Source: Macrostomum lignano (Eukaryota). From it: a DNA stretch of 64,000 nucleotides. The translations under genes and the position numbers were made by a program. Below, in pieces: positions 9,587-39,474 of this stretch (the first letter of the stretch is position 1; every line of letters starts with the position of its first letter). Location of the stretch: the NCBI GenBank assembly GCA_002269645.1, contig NIVC01000655.1, forward strand, positions 248,001 to 312,000. The letters run 5' to 3'. The notes beneath the pieces were generated by a model. It saw nothing but the letters and a program-made list of their open reading frames with translations, did not search any database and was not told the DNA's origin.

Positions 9587-12064
9587 TCAATCGTCCTCCC
9601 ATTCGTTGTCATCTTCCTCCTCCTCGCTGTCCGAGTCACCCTGAGCGCCTTTGTTAATGTCGCGCATAGCGGCTTTCAACGCGCTGAGCATGTCTTGCCC
9701 GCCGCCATCGCCGGCGCCTCCACCGGCTCCTCCGGCGCCCCCACCAGCAGCTGAACCTCCGCCAGCCGAATCGAACCCTGGCCCACCAGCAGCCTGCTTA
9801 GTCTCGGCTGCCGGGCGCAGCTTGTCCTTATTGAAGGCGCGAATATCAGACAGGAAATTGCGCTCTCCACCGCCGCCTCCTCCGCCAGACGAGGGTGGAG
9901 CAGCCGTCAAGTCAGCGTTTTTCGGCGGCGGCGCCGGCGGAGGCCCGCCGCCTCCAGAACTCGGTGGCGGCGGCGGCGGCGGAGGCGGCGGCGGAGGCGG
10001 AGGTGGCGGCGGTGGTGGCGGCGGCGGAGGTGGTGGAGCGCCGGAGCCTCCAACGGGGTGGACGGGGTGCGGCTGCTGTGGCGGCACGGTAGGCGCGGGC
10101 CTCGGAGCGCTCGGCACAGGCGGCGGCTGCTGCTGAGGCGGCGGCGGCGGTGGCGGCGGTGGAGCGCCAAGTCTGGACGGTGGCGGCGGAGGCGGCGGCG
10201 CTCGACCACCGCCACCGACGGAAGGCACCGGCGGCGGCGCCCTGGCAACTTGCGGGGCCGCCCGGCTTGGCGGCGGAGGCGGCTGCGGCTGCTGCTGCTG
10301 CTGCTGCTTTTGGTTGCCAGGCGCTGGCGCGTACCCAGTGTCCGTGGCCATTTGCCGGACTTTGTCAATGCCGCCCATATTAGTAATAAACTGTTCCACT
10401 TTTCTCGCGCCCTTCTTTGTTTGCATTGTCTGTTCGAAGTTCTCGCCAATCTGGCCGAATAGAAATTTCAGCACGGGATCGTTAGCGATCTCCACTCGTT
10501 GAATATCGCCGCCGCCGTCCGCCTCCGACAGGGTGTCGTAGCCGACGTGCTGCACGTGTCGGAAATTGGTCGGCGTGCCGATGTCCTCGCGACGGATGCG
10601 GCCGCGACCGGCGCCGCCGCCGCCACCTCCTTTGCGCTTCTCGGCTTTGTCGGATTTTCCAGCCGAGCTTGTCGACTTTTTAGGAGCGGCGCCGGAGGTC
10701 AGGGTCTGCGGCTGGCCTGCGCTGTTGCTAATCGAAGCCTGCCGACCAATCACGACTGGCGCAGTCTGGACATTCTGCTGGCGGGCCACCGCCGGGGTGG
10801 ACATCTTGTCCACCTTGGCTTTGAGCACTTCGTACAGCTCGTGGGCCTCGTCTTGGCCTCGATCGTCGTCGACAAAATTGAAGCCAACAACGCAGTTGTC
10901 AGCCTCTACCTGCGTTTGTGAAGGATGGAGGATCAAGGAGGTTCGAGAGGAGGATCAAGGAGGTTGGAGAGGAGGATCAAGGAGGTTGGAGAGGAGGATC
11001 AAGGTTGGAGGAGGATCAAGGAGGTTGGAGAGGAGGATCAAGGAGGTTGGAGAGGAGGATCAAGGAGGTTGGAGAGGAGGATCAAGGTTCGAGAGGAGGA
11101 TCAAGGAGGTTGGAGAGGAGGATCAAGGAGGTTGGAGAGGAGGATCAAGGTTGGAGGAGGATCAAGGAGGTTGGAGAGGAGGATCAAGGAGGTTGGAGAG
11201 GAGGATCAAGGAGGTTGGAGAGGAGGATCAAGGTTAGAGAGGAGGATCAAGGAGGTTGGAGAGGAGGATCAAGGAGGTTGGAGAGGAGGATCAAGGTTGT
11301 AGAGGAGGATCAAGGAGGTTGGAGAGGAGGATCAAGGTTGGAGAGGAGGATCAAGGAGGTTGGAGAGGAGGATCAAGGAGGTTGGAGAGGAGGATCAAGG
11401 TTGGAGAGGAGGATCAAGGAGGTTGGAGAGGAGGATCAAGGAGGTTGGAGAGGAGGATCAAGGTTGGAGAGGAGGATCAAGGAGGTTGGAGAGGAGGATC
11501 AAGGAGGTTGGAGAGGAGGATCAAGGTTGGAGGAGGATCAAGGAGGTTGGAGAGGAGGATCAAGGAGGTTGGAGAGGAGGATCAAGGAGGTTGGAGAGGA
11601 GGATCAAGGTTGGAGAGGAGGATCAAGGATGCTGCAGTGGAGCATCAAGGATGCTGCAGTGGAGGATCAAGGGTCAGGATGCTGCAGTGAAGAAGTCAAT
11701 AACAATAAGAACAAGGAGCGAAAGCGAACCAAGATCAAATGGATAATAAAGGTAGTAGACTTACCTGGTGGAAGAATGCATATTTATTGTCATAAGCCAT
11801 ATTTTTGTAGATCTCCTGCTCAAACAGCATCTTTCGCTGTTCGATATCGTAGAACCGCAGGAAGAACGAGCGAACATTGGCATCGCGAACAAAGCACAGA
11901 ATGCCGGTGCCCATGTGGGTCCAACGATTGTTTTCGCCGTAGTATAGTTGAGCAACTGTAGTTGCCAAGGTGATGCACTTGGGACCAAGCAGACTGAACA
12001 CTAGGTTGTTCTCATCATTGTCAAGCAGTTCGCTTGGTTTGTTAGTAGGCACCTGAGCAGGCAT
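9587..12064 (-). CDS. WASP: WASP/N-WASP, canonical architecture; exons 12064-11765 and 10909-9587 (540 aa)
   Basis: Exon 1 MPAQVPTNKPSELL...VFSLLGPKCITLATTVAQLY...W...GILCFVRDANVRSFFLRFYD...YAFFHQ|GTAAGT. Acceptor AAACGCAG|VEADNCVVGFNF, phase 0. CRIB IGTPTNFRHVQHVG, proline-rich region, WH2 FLSDIRAFNKDKLRP, central MLSALKAAMRDIN, acidic EEEEDDNEWEDD*. Confidence 0.95.
10921..11640. repeat. 20/23-bp minisatellite (GGAGGATCAAGG[AGG]TTGGAGA)n filling most of the WASP-2 intron
   Basis: About 32 units; source of the spurious ERRIKEVGEEDQGG ORFs. Confidence 0.97.
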
Positions 12065-13210
12065 ATTCAAGCCTAGTCAAGTCTCTCGTTTAGCTAGCGT
12101 ATTGTAATTTTCGTCAAAGTTGCTACTTGGAGCTTAGTCAGCCATGTGCAACACAGTAAATATTCTGTCTATTTATAAGAAATGCTCCTATAGGTAGGCT
12201 ATTGTGCTTCGACAGGTTCGTTCTTTTATTCTATATAATAGCCTGCTGCTAGCGTATCTTTGCACTGCTTGCAGTTTAGGTAGAGCGTAGTCTAAAGCAA
12301 AAATTTGTTAAGCGCTCTCTACAATTTAAACTGAACAGAGGACGCATAAACAGCGGAATAGCTCTACGACTTGATATTCTTCGCTTGTTTTCTTGCCTCT
12401 CTCCTCTCCCTCTCTTCACGAGTGTACAGGGGAAGGGGGTTGATGAGAGACAAAATTAGGGCGGGGCACAAATGTACAAATGTACAGGCGGCAGAATCCA
12501 CACAACGGGACCAGTGTACACTGATTTAACCACTAACCCCCCTTCCCCGGGCCTGGGGTTTGCTTTACAGCCAGTACGGCTAGCCCAGTGTGGGTCCACG
12601 GTGGATCCACTTGGCTAGCCGTGCGTTTTTGGACTAGTGGAGTGGATTACACGGCTAGCCGCGAGCTTTGCGCAGTAAAAAGCCCTACTACTCTCTTGCT
12701 GTAGATATATGCCTATTGCTTTTGGACAGGAGACAAGACCGAAGAAAGACAGGGCGAAACGAAAGCTTTTGCAACCAGCAAGCCTAGCACTAAGCACAGC
12801 GATTATATTAGTGCTTAAAAGAGTTTCAGTTTTTCACCACTTAGCTCAAAAAATAGGCGTGCAACATGCATGCGTCAATCCCACAGTCCAGTTTTTATTA
12901 TCTTTGACGCTGAAGTTCAGTTTTAAACTCTCGACGAAATTTCGGTGACTCAAATCTAAATATAGTATTAGCGTCATCTTTGCTCATCTTATCTTATCTT
13001 TTAATTAATAGGGCCTAATCTACATTCTAGCTGCTACACTGTTTGACAGTTCCCACTCAGCCATCATTAATCCAACATTTTAAGATTGGTCCTAATTCGA
13101 TCATATTCCCTCATCAGAGATTTATCACATTCATATTATAGTGATCCAATTTCATACGTTGATCACACATTAATATGTTATACATTCTGAGATTGATCCC
13201 CACCCACATT

Positions 13211-13508
13211 CAGGGGCGTCGCAACCGGGGGGGGGGTATGTCCCCCCAGTAAAAGCGATGGGGCATGCAATGCTTTATTTGCCCCCCCCCACTCACCTAA
13301 CCTTGTGGCCCGTTATGGAAATCAATACTTTTGCTTCAGGGTGACAAAATATAGGGCCTGCGGCACCGAAATAATCGTGCCTGCTGCGCCAAAATGAGCG
13401 CTGACAACATCGATTCTGAGAATAATGTACATTATGTACAATGTAAGTAATGTACATGTACATGAAGAATTCATGGCTCCATAAAATCTATGCATGGCAA
13501 CTCCCCTG
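13211..13508. mobile_element. hAT-type MITE (298 bp) with 8-bp TSD
   Basis: Imperfect TIRs CAGGGGCGTCGC and (revcomp) CAGGGGAGTTGC; exact 8-bp TSD CCCACATT at 13203-13210 and 13509-13516; no ORF. Confidence 0.8.
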
Positions 13509-15180
13509 CCCACATTCATGTATTGATCCCACATTCATGTATTGATTCCACATTCATGCATTGATCCCACATTCATGTATTGATCCCGCATTAATGTATT
13601 GATCCCGCATTCATGTATTGATTCCACATTCATGTATTGATCCCACATTCATGTATTGATTCCACATTCATGCATTGATCCCACATTCATGTATTGATCC
13701 CAAATTCATGTATTGATCCCACATTCATGTATTGATCCCGCATTCATGTATTGATCCCGCATTCATGTATTGATTCCACATTCATGTATTGATCCCACAT
13801 TCATGTATTGATTCCACATTCATGCATTGATCCCACATTCATGTATTGATCCCACATTCATATATTGATTCCACATTCATGTATTGATCCCACATTCATG
13901 CATTGATCCCACATTCATGCATTGATCCCACATTCATGTATAGATCAAAGATTCATGCATTGATCCCACATTCATGTATTGATCCCACATTCATGTATTG
14001 ATCCCATATTCATGTATTGATCCCACATTCATGTATTGATCCCATATTTATGAATTGATCCCACATTCATGTATTGATCCCACATTCATGCATTGATCCC
14101 ACATTCATGTATTGATTCCACATTCATGCATTGATCCCACATTCATGTATTGATCCCACATTCATATATTGATTCCACATTCATGTATTGATCCCACATT
14201 CATGCATTGATCCCACATTCATGCATTGATCCCACATTCATGTATTGATCCCACATTCATGTATTGATCCCACATTCATGTATTGATCCCACATTCATGT
14301 ATTGATCCCACATTCATGTATTGATCCCACATTCATGTATTGATCCCACATTCATGTATTGATCCCACATTCATGTATAGATCAAAGATTCATGCATTGA
14401 TCCCACATTCATGTATTGATCCCACATTCATGTATTGATCCCACATTCATGTATGGATCCCACATTAATGTATTGATCCCACATTCATGCATTGATCCCA
14501 CATTCATGTATTGATTCCACATTCATGCATTGATCCCACATTCATGTATTGATCCCACATTCATATATTGATTCCACATTCATGCATTGATCCCACATTC
14601 ATGTATTGATCCCATATTTATGAATTGATCCCACATTCATGTATTGATCCCACATTCATGCATTGATCCCACATTCATGCATTGATCCCACATTCATGTA
14701 TTGATTCCACATTCATGTATTGATCCCAAATTCATGTATTGATCCCACATTCATGTATTGATTCCACATTCATGTATTAATCCCACATTCATGTATTGAT
14801 CCCACATTCATGTATTGATCCCACATTCATGTATTGATCCCACATTCATGTATAGATCAAACATTCATGCATTGATCCCACATTCATGTATTGATCCCAC
14901 ATTCATGTATTGATCTCACATTCATGTATTGATCCCACATTCATGTATAGATCAAACATTCATGCATTGATCCCATATTTATGCATTGATCCCACATTCA
15001 TGTATTGATCCCACATTCATGTATTGATCCCACATTCATGTATTGATCCCACATTCATGTATTGATCAAACATTCATGTATTGATCCCACATTCATGTAT
15101 TGATCAAACATTCATGTATTGATCCCACATTCATGTATTGATCCCACATTCATGTATTGATCAAACATTCATGTATTGAT
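13509..15180. repeat. 19-bp minisatellite (ATTGATCCCACATTCATGT)n
   Basis: About 88 units with recurring variants (GCATTG, TAGATCAAA); degenerate flanks at 13090-13200 and 15180-15245. Confidence 0.97.
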
Positions 15181-15855
15181 CGCTCATCAGAGATTGATCA
15201 CACATTCATAGACTGATCCCAAACTCAGATACTGATCCCATATTGGGCTGAAACACATCCTAACAAGTTTGCTATCCAACTGTTGGTATCAATATTGATT
15301 GATTTCCATGATCATGCACTTCTATATTGTGTATTTGTTTTGAGACACAGACGTAATACATATGATCGGTAGAAAAAATAGCAAGAGAAATGTTAACACG
15401 CCTGCAGTGATTCAGTTTGCTGTATAAGTACATGCAGAACTTTAAAGAGCATGACACGAGGCACGGGCAGAATCAGAGGGGAAATCAACTTTATCAATAG
15501 TACATTGAAATTTGCAAGTTAAAAGCTACAAAAAACAAACAAAATACACAGAGAGACAAGTAATAGTTATGAATTTATAGCGAGCGAAGCCAAAAAAATA
15601 GTGAAAAGCAAACAGCAAACAGAGTTTAGCAGAGCGTTTCGCGTTTGCACAAAGCAATACTTGTAATGTCTAGTAACAAATAAATAAATTAACAATTTAC
15701 TGCTGAAAGCAGAACCTTTTCAACTTGTATGCCGATTGCGTCATCTTTATTTGTGGCAGGTTTCTCTGCGGATCAATAGTGATGTGAAGGCTGAAGGCTG
15801 AAGACTGAAGGTTCTGAACTGCGTACGTACTGGGGTGAATGGGCGGCTCTCGTGG

Positions 15856-18080
15856 TGGTAGCTATTGGGCACTGGAAGGACCTTCTTGATGGTAGCTTGA
15901 TGGTAGCTATTGGGCACTGGAAGGACCTTCTTGATGGTAGCTTGATGGTAGCTATTGGGCACTGGAAGGACCTTCTTGATGGTAGCTTGATGGTAGCTAT
16001 TGGGCACTGGAAGGACCTTCTTGATGGTAGCTTGATGGTAGCTATTGGGCACTGGAAGGACCTTCTTGATGGTAGCTATTGGGCACTGGAAGGACCTTCT
16101 TGATGGTAGCTTGATGGTAGCTATTGGGCACTGGAAGGACCTTCTTGATGGTAGCTAGGGGGCACTGGAAGGACCTTCTTGATGGTAGCTAGGGGGCACT
16201 GGAAGGACCTTCTTGATGGTAGCTATTGGGCACTGGAAGGACCTTCTTGATGGTAGCTATTGGGCACTGGAAGGACCTTCTTGATGGTAGCTTGATGGTA
16301 GCTAGGGGGCACTGGAAGGACCTTCTTGATGGTAGCTAGGGGTCACTGGAAGGACCTTCTTGATGGTAGCTAGGGGGCACTGGAAGGACCTTCTTGATGG
16401 TAGCTATTGGGCACTGGAAGGACCTTCTTGATGGTAGCTATTGGGCACTGGAAGGACCTTCTTGATGGTAGCTATTGGGCACTGGAAGGACCTTCTTGAT
16501 GGTAGCTTGATGGTAGCTAGGGGGCACTGGAAGGACCTTCTTGATGGTAGCTATTGGGCACTGGAAGGACCTTCTTGATGGTAGCTTGATGGTAGCTAGG
16601 GCCGGGGGCACTGGAAGGACCTTCTTGATGGTAGCTAGGGGGCACTGGAAGGACCTTCTTGATGGTAGCTAGGGGCACTGGAAGGACCTTCTTGATGGTA
16701 GCTAGGGGGCACTGGAAGGACCTTCTTGATGGTAGCTAGGGGGCACTGGAAGGACCTTCTTGATGGTAGCTAGGGGGCACTGGAAGGACCTTCTTGATGG
16801 TAGCTATTGGGCACTGGAAGGACCTTCTTGATGGTAGCTATTGGGCACTGGAAGGACCTTCTTGATGGTAGCTATTGGGCACTGGAAGGACCTTCTTGAT
16901 GGTAGCTTGATGGTAGCTATTGGGCACTGGAAGGACCTTCTTGATGGTAGCTATTGGGCACTGGAAGGACCTTCTTGATGGTAGCTTGATGGTAGCTAGG
17001 GGGCACTGGAAGGACCTTCTTGATGGTAGCTTGATGGTAGCTAGGGGGCACTGGAAGGACCTTCTTGATGGTAGCTATTGGGCACTGGAAGGACCTTCTT
17101 GATGGTAGCTATTAGGCACTGGAAGGACCTTCTTGATGGTAGCTATTGGGCACTGGAAGGACCTTCTTGATGGTAGCTTGATGGTAGCTAGGGCCGGGGG
17201 CACTGGAAGGACCGTCTTGATGGTAGCTAGGGGGCACTGGAAGGACCTTCTTGATGGTAGCTAGGGGGCACTGGAAGGACCTTCTTGATGGTAGCTAGGG
17301 GGCACTGGAAGGACCTTCTTGATGGTAGCTAGGGGGCACTGGAAGGACCTTCTTGATGGTAGCTATTGGGCACTGGAAGGACCTTCTTGATGGTAGCTAT
17401 TGGGCACTGGAAGGACCTTCTTGATGGTAGCTATTGGGCACTGGAAGGACCTTCTTGATGGTAGCTTGATGGTAGCTATTGGGCACTGGAAGGACCTTCT
17501 TGATGGTAGCTATTGGGCACTGGAAGGACCTTCTTGATGGTAGCTATTGGGCACTGGAAGGACCTTCTTGATGGTAGCTTGATGGTAGCTAGGGCCGGGG
17601 GCACTGGAAGGACCTTCTTGATGGTAGCTAGGGGGCACTGGAAGGACCTTCTTGATGGTAGCTAGGGGGCACTGGAAGGACCTTCTTGATGGTAGCTAGG
17701 GGGCACTGGAAGGACCTTCTTGATGGTAGCTTGATGGTAGCTAGGGGGCACTGGAAGGACCTTCTTGATGGTAGCTATTGGGCACTGGAAGGACCTTCTT
17801 GATGGTAGCTATTAGGCACTGGAAGGACCTTCTTGATGGTAGCTTGATGGTAGCTAGGGGGCACTGGAAGGACCTTCTTGATGGTAGCTAGGGGTCACTG
17901 GAAGGACCTGAAGGAACATTTAGGAAGGAACTGAAGGAACATTTAGCTAGGGGTCACTGGAAGGACCTGAAGGAACATTTAGGAAGGAACTGAAGGAACA
18001 TTTAGCTAGGGGTCACTGGAAGGACCTTGATGGTAGCCAGGGGTCACTGAATGAACCTCACGGTGGTAGCTAGGGGTCAC
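15856..18080. repeat. 34/45-bp minisatellite (ATGGTAGCT[ATT/AGG]GGGCACTGGAAGGACCTTCTTG, optional +ATGGTAGCTTG)
   Basis: Regular to ~17900, then a degenerate tail; no unique spacers. Confidence 0.97.
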
Positions 18081-19681
18081 TGATTTAGTCCGGGTTTCCA
18101 ACGTGGCATTGAAAATATTACACGAAAAGGGAAAGACAGAAAAATATGCAAAATACAAAACGGAAGAGACAGACGGAGAAGAAAGGGGTTATTGTGGAGG
18201 ATCGACACATAAACAAACTACTAATAAATAAAAAACCTGGTACGCCAAATTTTAAAACAAATTTAACTTTTAATAAATTAAATATTGACGAATAAAATAC
18301 ACAGATTTATTAAACAGCATGGTAAATCATATGCGATTTTATACAGAACTACATGTAACGGACACCAAAATATTTGCCTAATATTGGTGTTCATACGTGC
18401 AGTCTTGCAAACAGCAATATATAAATATTGTATACTACACATACTGCTAATATTGTTTTAGTGAATTGATAAGGGAAATTTACAGTATACTATACGACTG
18501 CAGTTCGTTGGCGTTGAGTCGAAGTTTGATCAAGAGAAACACTGATTATGAATCAAATCGAAACATTTAAATTGCATATAAATTTTAGACTTCCATCGTT
18601 GGACTCGCAAGCACTATTTGTTTTCCAATTTTCAATTATCTTCAGATATTATCTGAAATGCAAGTGGAAGAATATTAACAAAACCTTAGACTTGGCTACT
18701 TACGAGCAGTTAGTTAGAGCATTGTAAGTAAAATTTATCGGAGCCATTAAAAAAATCCGTCAGGCCATGCGGAATCGACAATTTTTCCATCTCAGATGGC
18801 TAATAAATTTATGGCATTGTTAATTTTTTTTGTTTCATCTGCCCGACTGAGAATGGGAGCATGAAGGCGGAAGATTTTCACCCAACCAAGCTGCTGGTTG
18901 TTGAGCGTTTAGCTTTATTGAAAATTGAAATGATTTTCTACTGGGATGGGGATCAATTGAATAGAGGAGTTTTTTGCTTTTTTTACAATGCGGGTCCTCA
19001 CTTCATCAGCCGGGCTTGTAAAATTGTATCCAAACGGGTGCATTAGCTAGTTTCAAATTTTTATTGATTCAGCCTAGTAAAAAATCGATATTTTTATTCT
19101 CACATGCAGTAAAGTGGATTCTATATCTACGAGTATAGCAGGTGCTTATCACCCTTTTAGCTGAGTTTCAAGCGCTCCATGTTAGTTCAAACCCAGGTGA
19201 GAGTTGGACACGAAGCTTCTTGAAATAGATCTCCAGTCCCTGGAATTGGAAACAGTTTAAGTAATTTTATGGCCGCGATATGCATATGGTATCGAAGGAA
19301 ACTAAATTAAGCAGATGTACTACCTATCCGTATTTGAATTGGACTTACTTCCTTTACGTGTTTTGATCAAAAGCAAAGTATGTGCAGAGAACAATATACA
19401 AAATCGATTGTAGTAAAAATAGCATTTACATTACCTAGCCGATATGTATCGAAATAATATCTATCTACTAGACTCCTTTTTCGCGAAATCAAACATTGAA
19501 TATTTAGACTTGCTGATATGTATTGAAAAATTATTACAGAAACAGGTTCTAGGCATTTTAACGAAAAATAATAAATTATTTTTTCAATTACAACTTATAA
19601 TTCTAGCTATAATGATTCATATTTACTTTATTAAACTTTCTATTATTAATAGATGTTGAAGATACGCAACCCAACTAAAGA

Positions 19682-35622
<15,941 letters not shown>

Positions 35623-35823
35623 TTTTGCCTGAAGGTTGAAACAATTAAACAGTATTTCTTTGTAATCTTTTATTCCTTTAGTGCCTGCTTGTTTGCTGTT
35701 GGATAGGAATTGAAACAAAAAAGAAGGAAACTGGCCTGGGGGAAGCGACTTCTCTTTGAAGAGCTCTAGAAGTGTGCCACTATTTTTAGATAAGAGAGAG
35801 GAAGGACCTCATGGCGAACGCTG

Positions 35824-35842
35824 ATTGGCTGGCTCTGATTGG
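35824..35842 (-). promoter_or_regulatory. Paired CCAAT boxes upstream of the mbl ATG exon
   Basis: Two AGCCAATCAG motifs (minus strand) 14 bp apart, ~200 bp upstream of the ATG. Promoter function is inferred. Confidence 0.4.
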
Positions 35843-36059
35843 CTGTGCCCCCTTCCCCCCACCCTCCCCTTCTTATGAAGGCATTGGGACAGCCAGGACA
35901 ATTGAGAAAGGCAGGGAAAGAGAACTACCTGCGTATTATGATCTGGTAATAACTGGATTGGCACTTTGCCCCTTCACAAACTGGGAAGTTTTCGAACAAG
36001 AATATTTTACTGAATAATCATAAACTTTACAACTTAGACCAATTCACTAACTAGTAATA

Positions 36060-36968
36060 TCACAAACTAGACATTTTACAAATTAATTATATACACTTCA
36101 CAAACTAGGGTTTGTGATTTGGACACTTCACAAAACACAGACACTAACACCAACTAGACACCTCACAAACGTAGACACTTCACAAACAAACCATAGACAC
36201 TTCACAAACCATAGACACTTCACAAACCATAGACACTTCACAAACCATAGACACGCCACAAACCATAGACACGCCACAAACCATAGACACTTCACAAACC
36301 ATAGACACGCCACAAACCATAGACACTTCACAAACCATAGACACTTCACAAACCATAGACACTTCACAAACCACAGACACGTCACAAACCATAGACACTT
36401 CTCAAACCACAGACACTTCACAAACCATAGACACGCCACAAACCATAGACACGTCACAAACCATAGACACTTCACAAACCACAGACACGTCACAAACCAC
36501 AGACACTTCACAAACCACAGACACGTCACAAACCACAGACACGTCACAAACCATAGACACTTCACAAACCATAGACACTTCACAAACCATAGACACGCCA
36601 CAAACCATAGACACTTCACAAACCATAGACACTTCACAAACCACAGACACGTCACAAACCACAGACACGTCACAAACCATAGACACTTCACAAACCATAG
36701 ACACTTCACAAACCATAGACACTTCACAAACCATAGACACGCCACAAACCATAGACACTTCACAAACCATAGACACGCCACAAACCATAGACACTTCACA
36801 AACCATAGACACTTCACAAACCATAGACACGCCACAAACCATAGACACGTCACAAACCATAGACACTTCACAAACCATAGACACGCCACAAACCATAGAC
36901 ACGTCACAAACCATAGACACGCCACAAACCATAGACACTTCACAAACCATAGACACTTCACAAACTAG
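36060..36968 (-). repeat. 18-bp minisatellite (CCATAGACACTTCACAAA)n upstream of the mbl ATG exon
   Basis: About 44 regular units from 36178, plus degenerate inner units. Confidence 0.97.
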
Positions 36969-37419
36969 TTACCCCATAACAAACTCCAAATTTTAGATCC
37001 AGTTTTCCTTGAAAGACTTCCTCACAACGGTGCCAAATGCCGCGAAAGCAGGACGACCGGGACCAGATGGAGCACTTCACTACCAGAGTGCATAAACTAT
37101 TTTTTAGCTTTATTTATTAGGCTTTTCCTTCAAATACAGACATACACTGGGCTGCAAGAGTCTAAGAGAAGCACATGTAGGGGAAAAAGGAGATGAGAAG
37201 AGGACTACACAGAAGCTGCGCGGCAGGATGCAGTGCATGAGTAAGTAGTTGATGAGGAGGAAGGAACTTAAAGAGACTGGCGGGTCATTGAGAGACGGCA
37301 GTGGACACACAGACAGACAGGCAGACAGACAAATGCACTGCGCTTTGAAAGTGGCTGCAATCAACAGAAGTTGATTTTCATTGGCTTATGACTAGCTGGG
37401 GAGAGTCATAGATCCCACG

Positions 37420-37738
37420 ATGTGGAGGATCATAGATCCCAGACTTGTGAAGTTCATAGATCCCAGACTTAAAAAAGTTCATAGATCCCAGACTTAGAAA
37501 GTTCATAGATCCCAGACTTAGAAAGTTCATAGATCCCAGACTTAGAAATTTCATAGATCCCAGACTTAGAAAGTTTATAGATCCCAGACTTAGAAAGTTC
37601 ATAGATCCCAGACTTAGAAAGTTCATAGATCCCAGACTTAAAAAGTTTATAGATCCCAGACTTAGAAAGTTCATAGATCCCAGACTTAAAAAGTTTATAG
37701 ATCCCAGACTAAGAAAGTTCATAGTTCCCAGACTAAGA
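37420..37738. repeat. 24-bp minisatellite (TTCATAGATCCCAGACTTAGAAAG)n
   Basis: About 13 units. Confidence 0.95.
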
Positions 37739-38299
37739 AAGATCCTAAAACAATGGTAATACCCAAAGCATTAGGAGTTTAATTAATAAGCTGAGAAATG
37801 AACAACTAAAATTACAAAGTCTCAGCAACCCGATCGCATAAAATTGAAAAGCTTCTCAGAGCAAAACATTTTTATGACTAGTACGAGATTGTACATGAAT
37901 GCAACTGCCCTCAGTTTTGATATTAATATTGCGGAACAATATCAAGCTACGGCTTCAGACTGACACCAGCTGATTTTGATCTGGCTCAAGCCGTTGGATC
38001 GAAATTTTAGATTTTCTAACCACCAACTCCTCTCGCGAATTATTTATCCGCGAGAGAAGTTGCCTGGGAATGAATTTGCAGGAAAGTCTGAAAGACGGAC
38101 TTGGAAATGCGTGCTTGGAAGATCAGAGAGTCAGTTGGACCGGCGACAAGAACAATTAATAAAAAATAAATTTCAGCAAGCTTATGCATGTGCTTGCTAC
38201 ACTGCTGACATTTACAGTAGGGCCACGAACATTTTGACGGTTTTTTTAATCAAACACTGTAACAAAAATTTTACCCACGTTGTTCCTCATCTCTCCCAA

Positions 38300-38445
38300 T
38301 CTCATCTCCCTCCCTCATTGCTCCAACTCTCATCTCTCCCTCTCTCATCTCTCCCTCTCTCATCTCTCCCTCTCTCATCTCTCCCTCTCTCATCTCTCCC
38401 TCTCTCATCTCTCCCTCTCTCATCTCTCCCTCTCTCATCACTCCT
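38300..38445. repeat. 15-bp minisatellite (CTCTCATCTCTCCCT)n
   Basis: About 8 units. Confidence 0.9.
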
Positions 38446-38802
38446 CTTTCATCTCCCAATGCCCATCTCTCACACTCTCAATAATCTACTATCTGAAAAG
38501 GCATATTGGCCATCCATCCTTCCTTGCATGTCCATGACGTAAGCAGCCAGACGCACACGTGACAGCCCGAATCAGCGATCGAGCAGAATAAAACACGACG
38601 AGCTCGGCTTAGAATACAAAGATTTGGCGTGCTCACAAGTTGCTCAATCAAACGGCTTGCCTGTTTCACATGCAGGCGCTGCTAGCCAGCGACAAAGGCT
38701 CGGAGATGATTGCTCTGTTGGAAGACTGATAACTCCGCCTCTGTGATGTCGGCAGGGCAAAGACGATTGCGAAACCCCAGGGCCCTGGGCTCTGACCCGC
38801 CC

Positions 38803-39426
<624 letters not shown>

Positions 39427-39443
39427 AAACTAAGCTACAGCAG

Positions 39444-39474
39444 CCAATAGGGTAGAGAAGTCTGAGCAGCCAAT
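39444..39474 (+). promoter_or_regulatory. Paired CCAAT boxes, probable PPP1R16 promoter
   Basis: GCAGCCAATAG and GCAGCCAATGA 26 bp apart, followed by a CpG-richer segment (39480-39650), ~770 bp upstream of the ATG. Confidence 0.45.

Noticed and set aside
10918-11961. Charged ERRIKEVGEEDQGG ORFs antisense to WASP-2
   Set aside because: Intronic minisatellite translation.
12429-12548. GGGGAAGGGGG(G)TT inverted repeat as a MITE
   Set aside because: Low-complexity 13-14-bp match with no TSD.
15747-17102. 34/45-bp array as a CRISPR array or repeat protein
   Set aside because: Units are contiguous with no unique spacers, no cas genes are present, the context is eukaryotic, and the ORFs are phase artefacts.
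18985-19020. CTGATGA on the minus strand as a hammerhead ribozyme core
   Set aside because: No GAAA after a credible stem II and no flanking stems.
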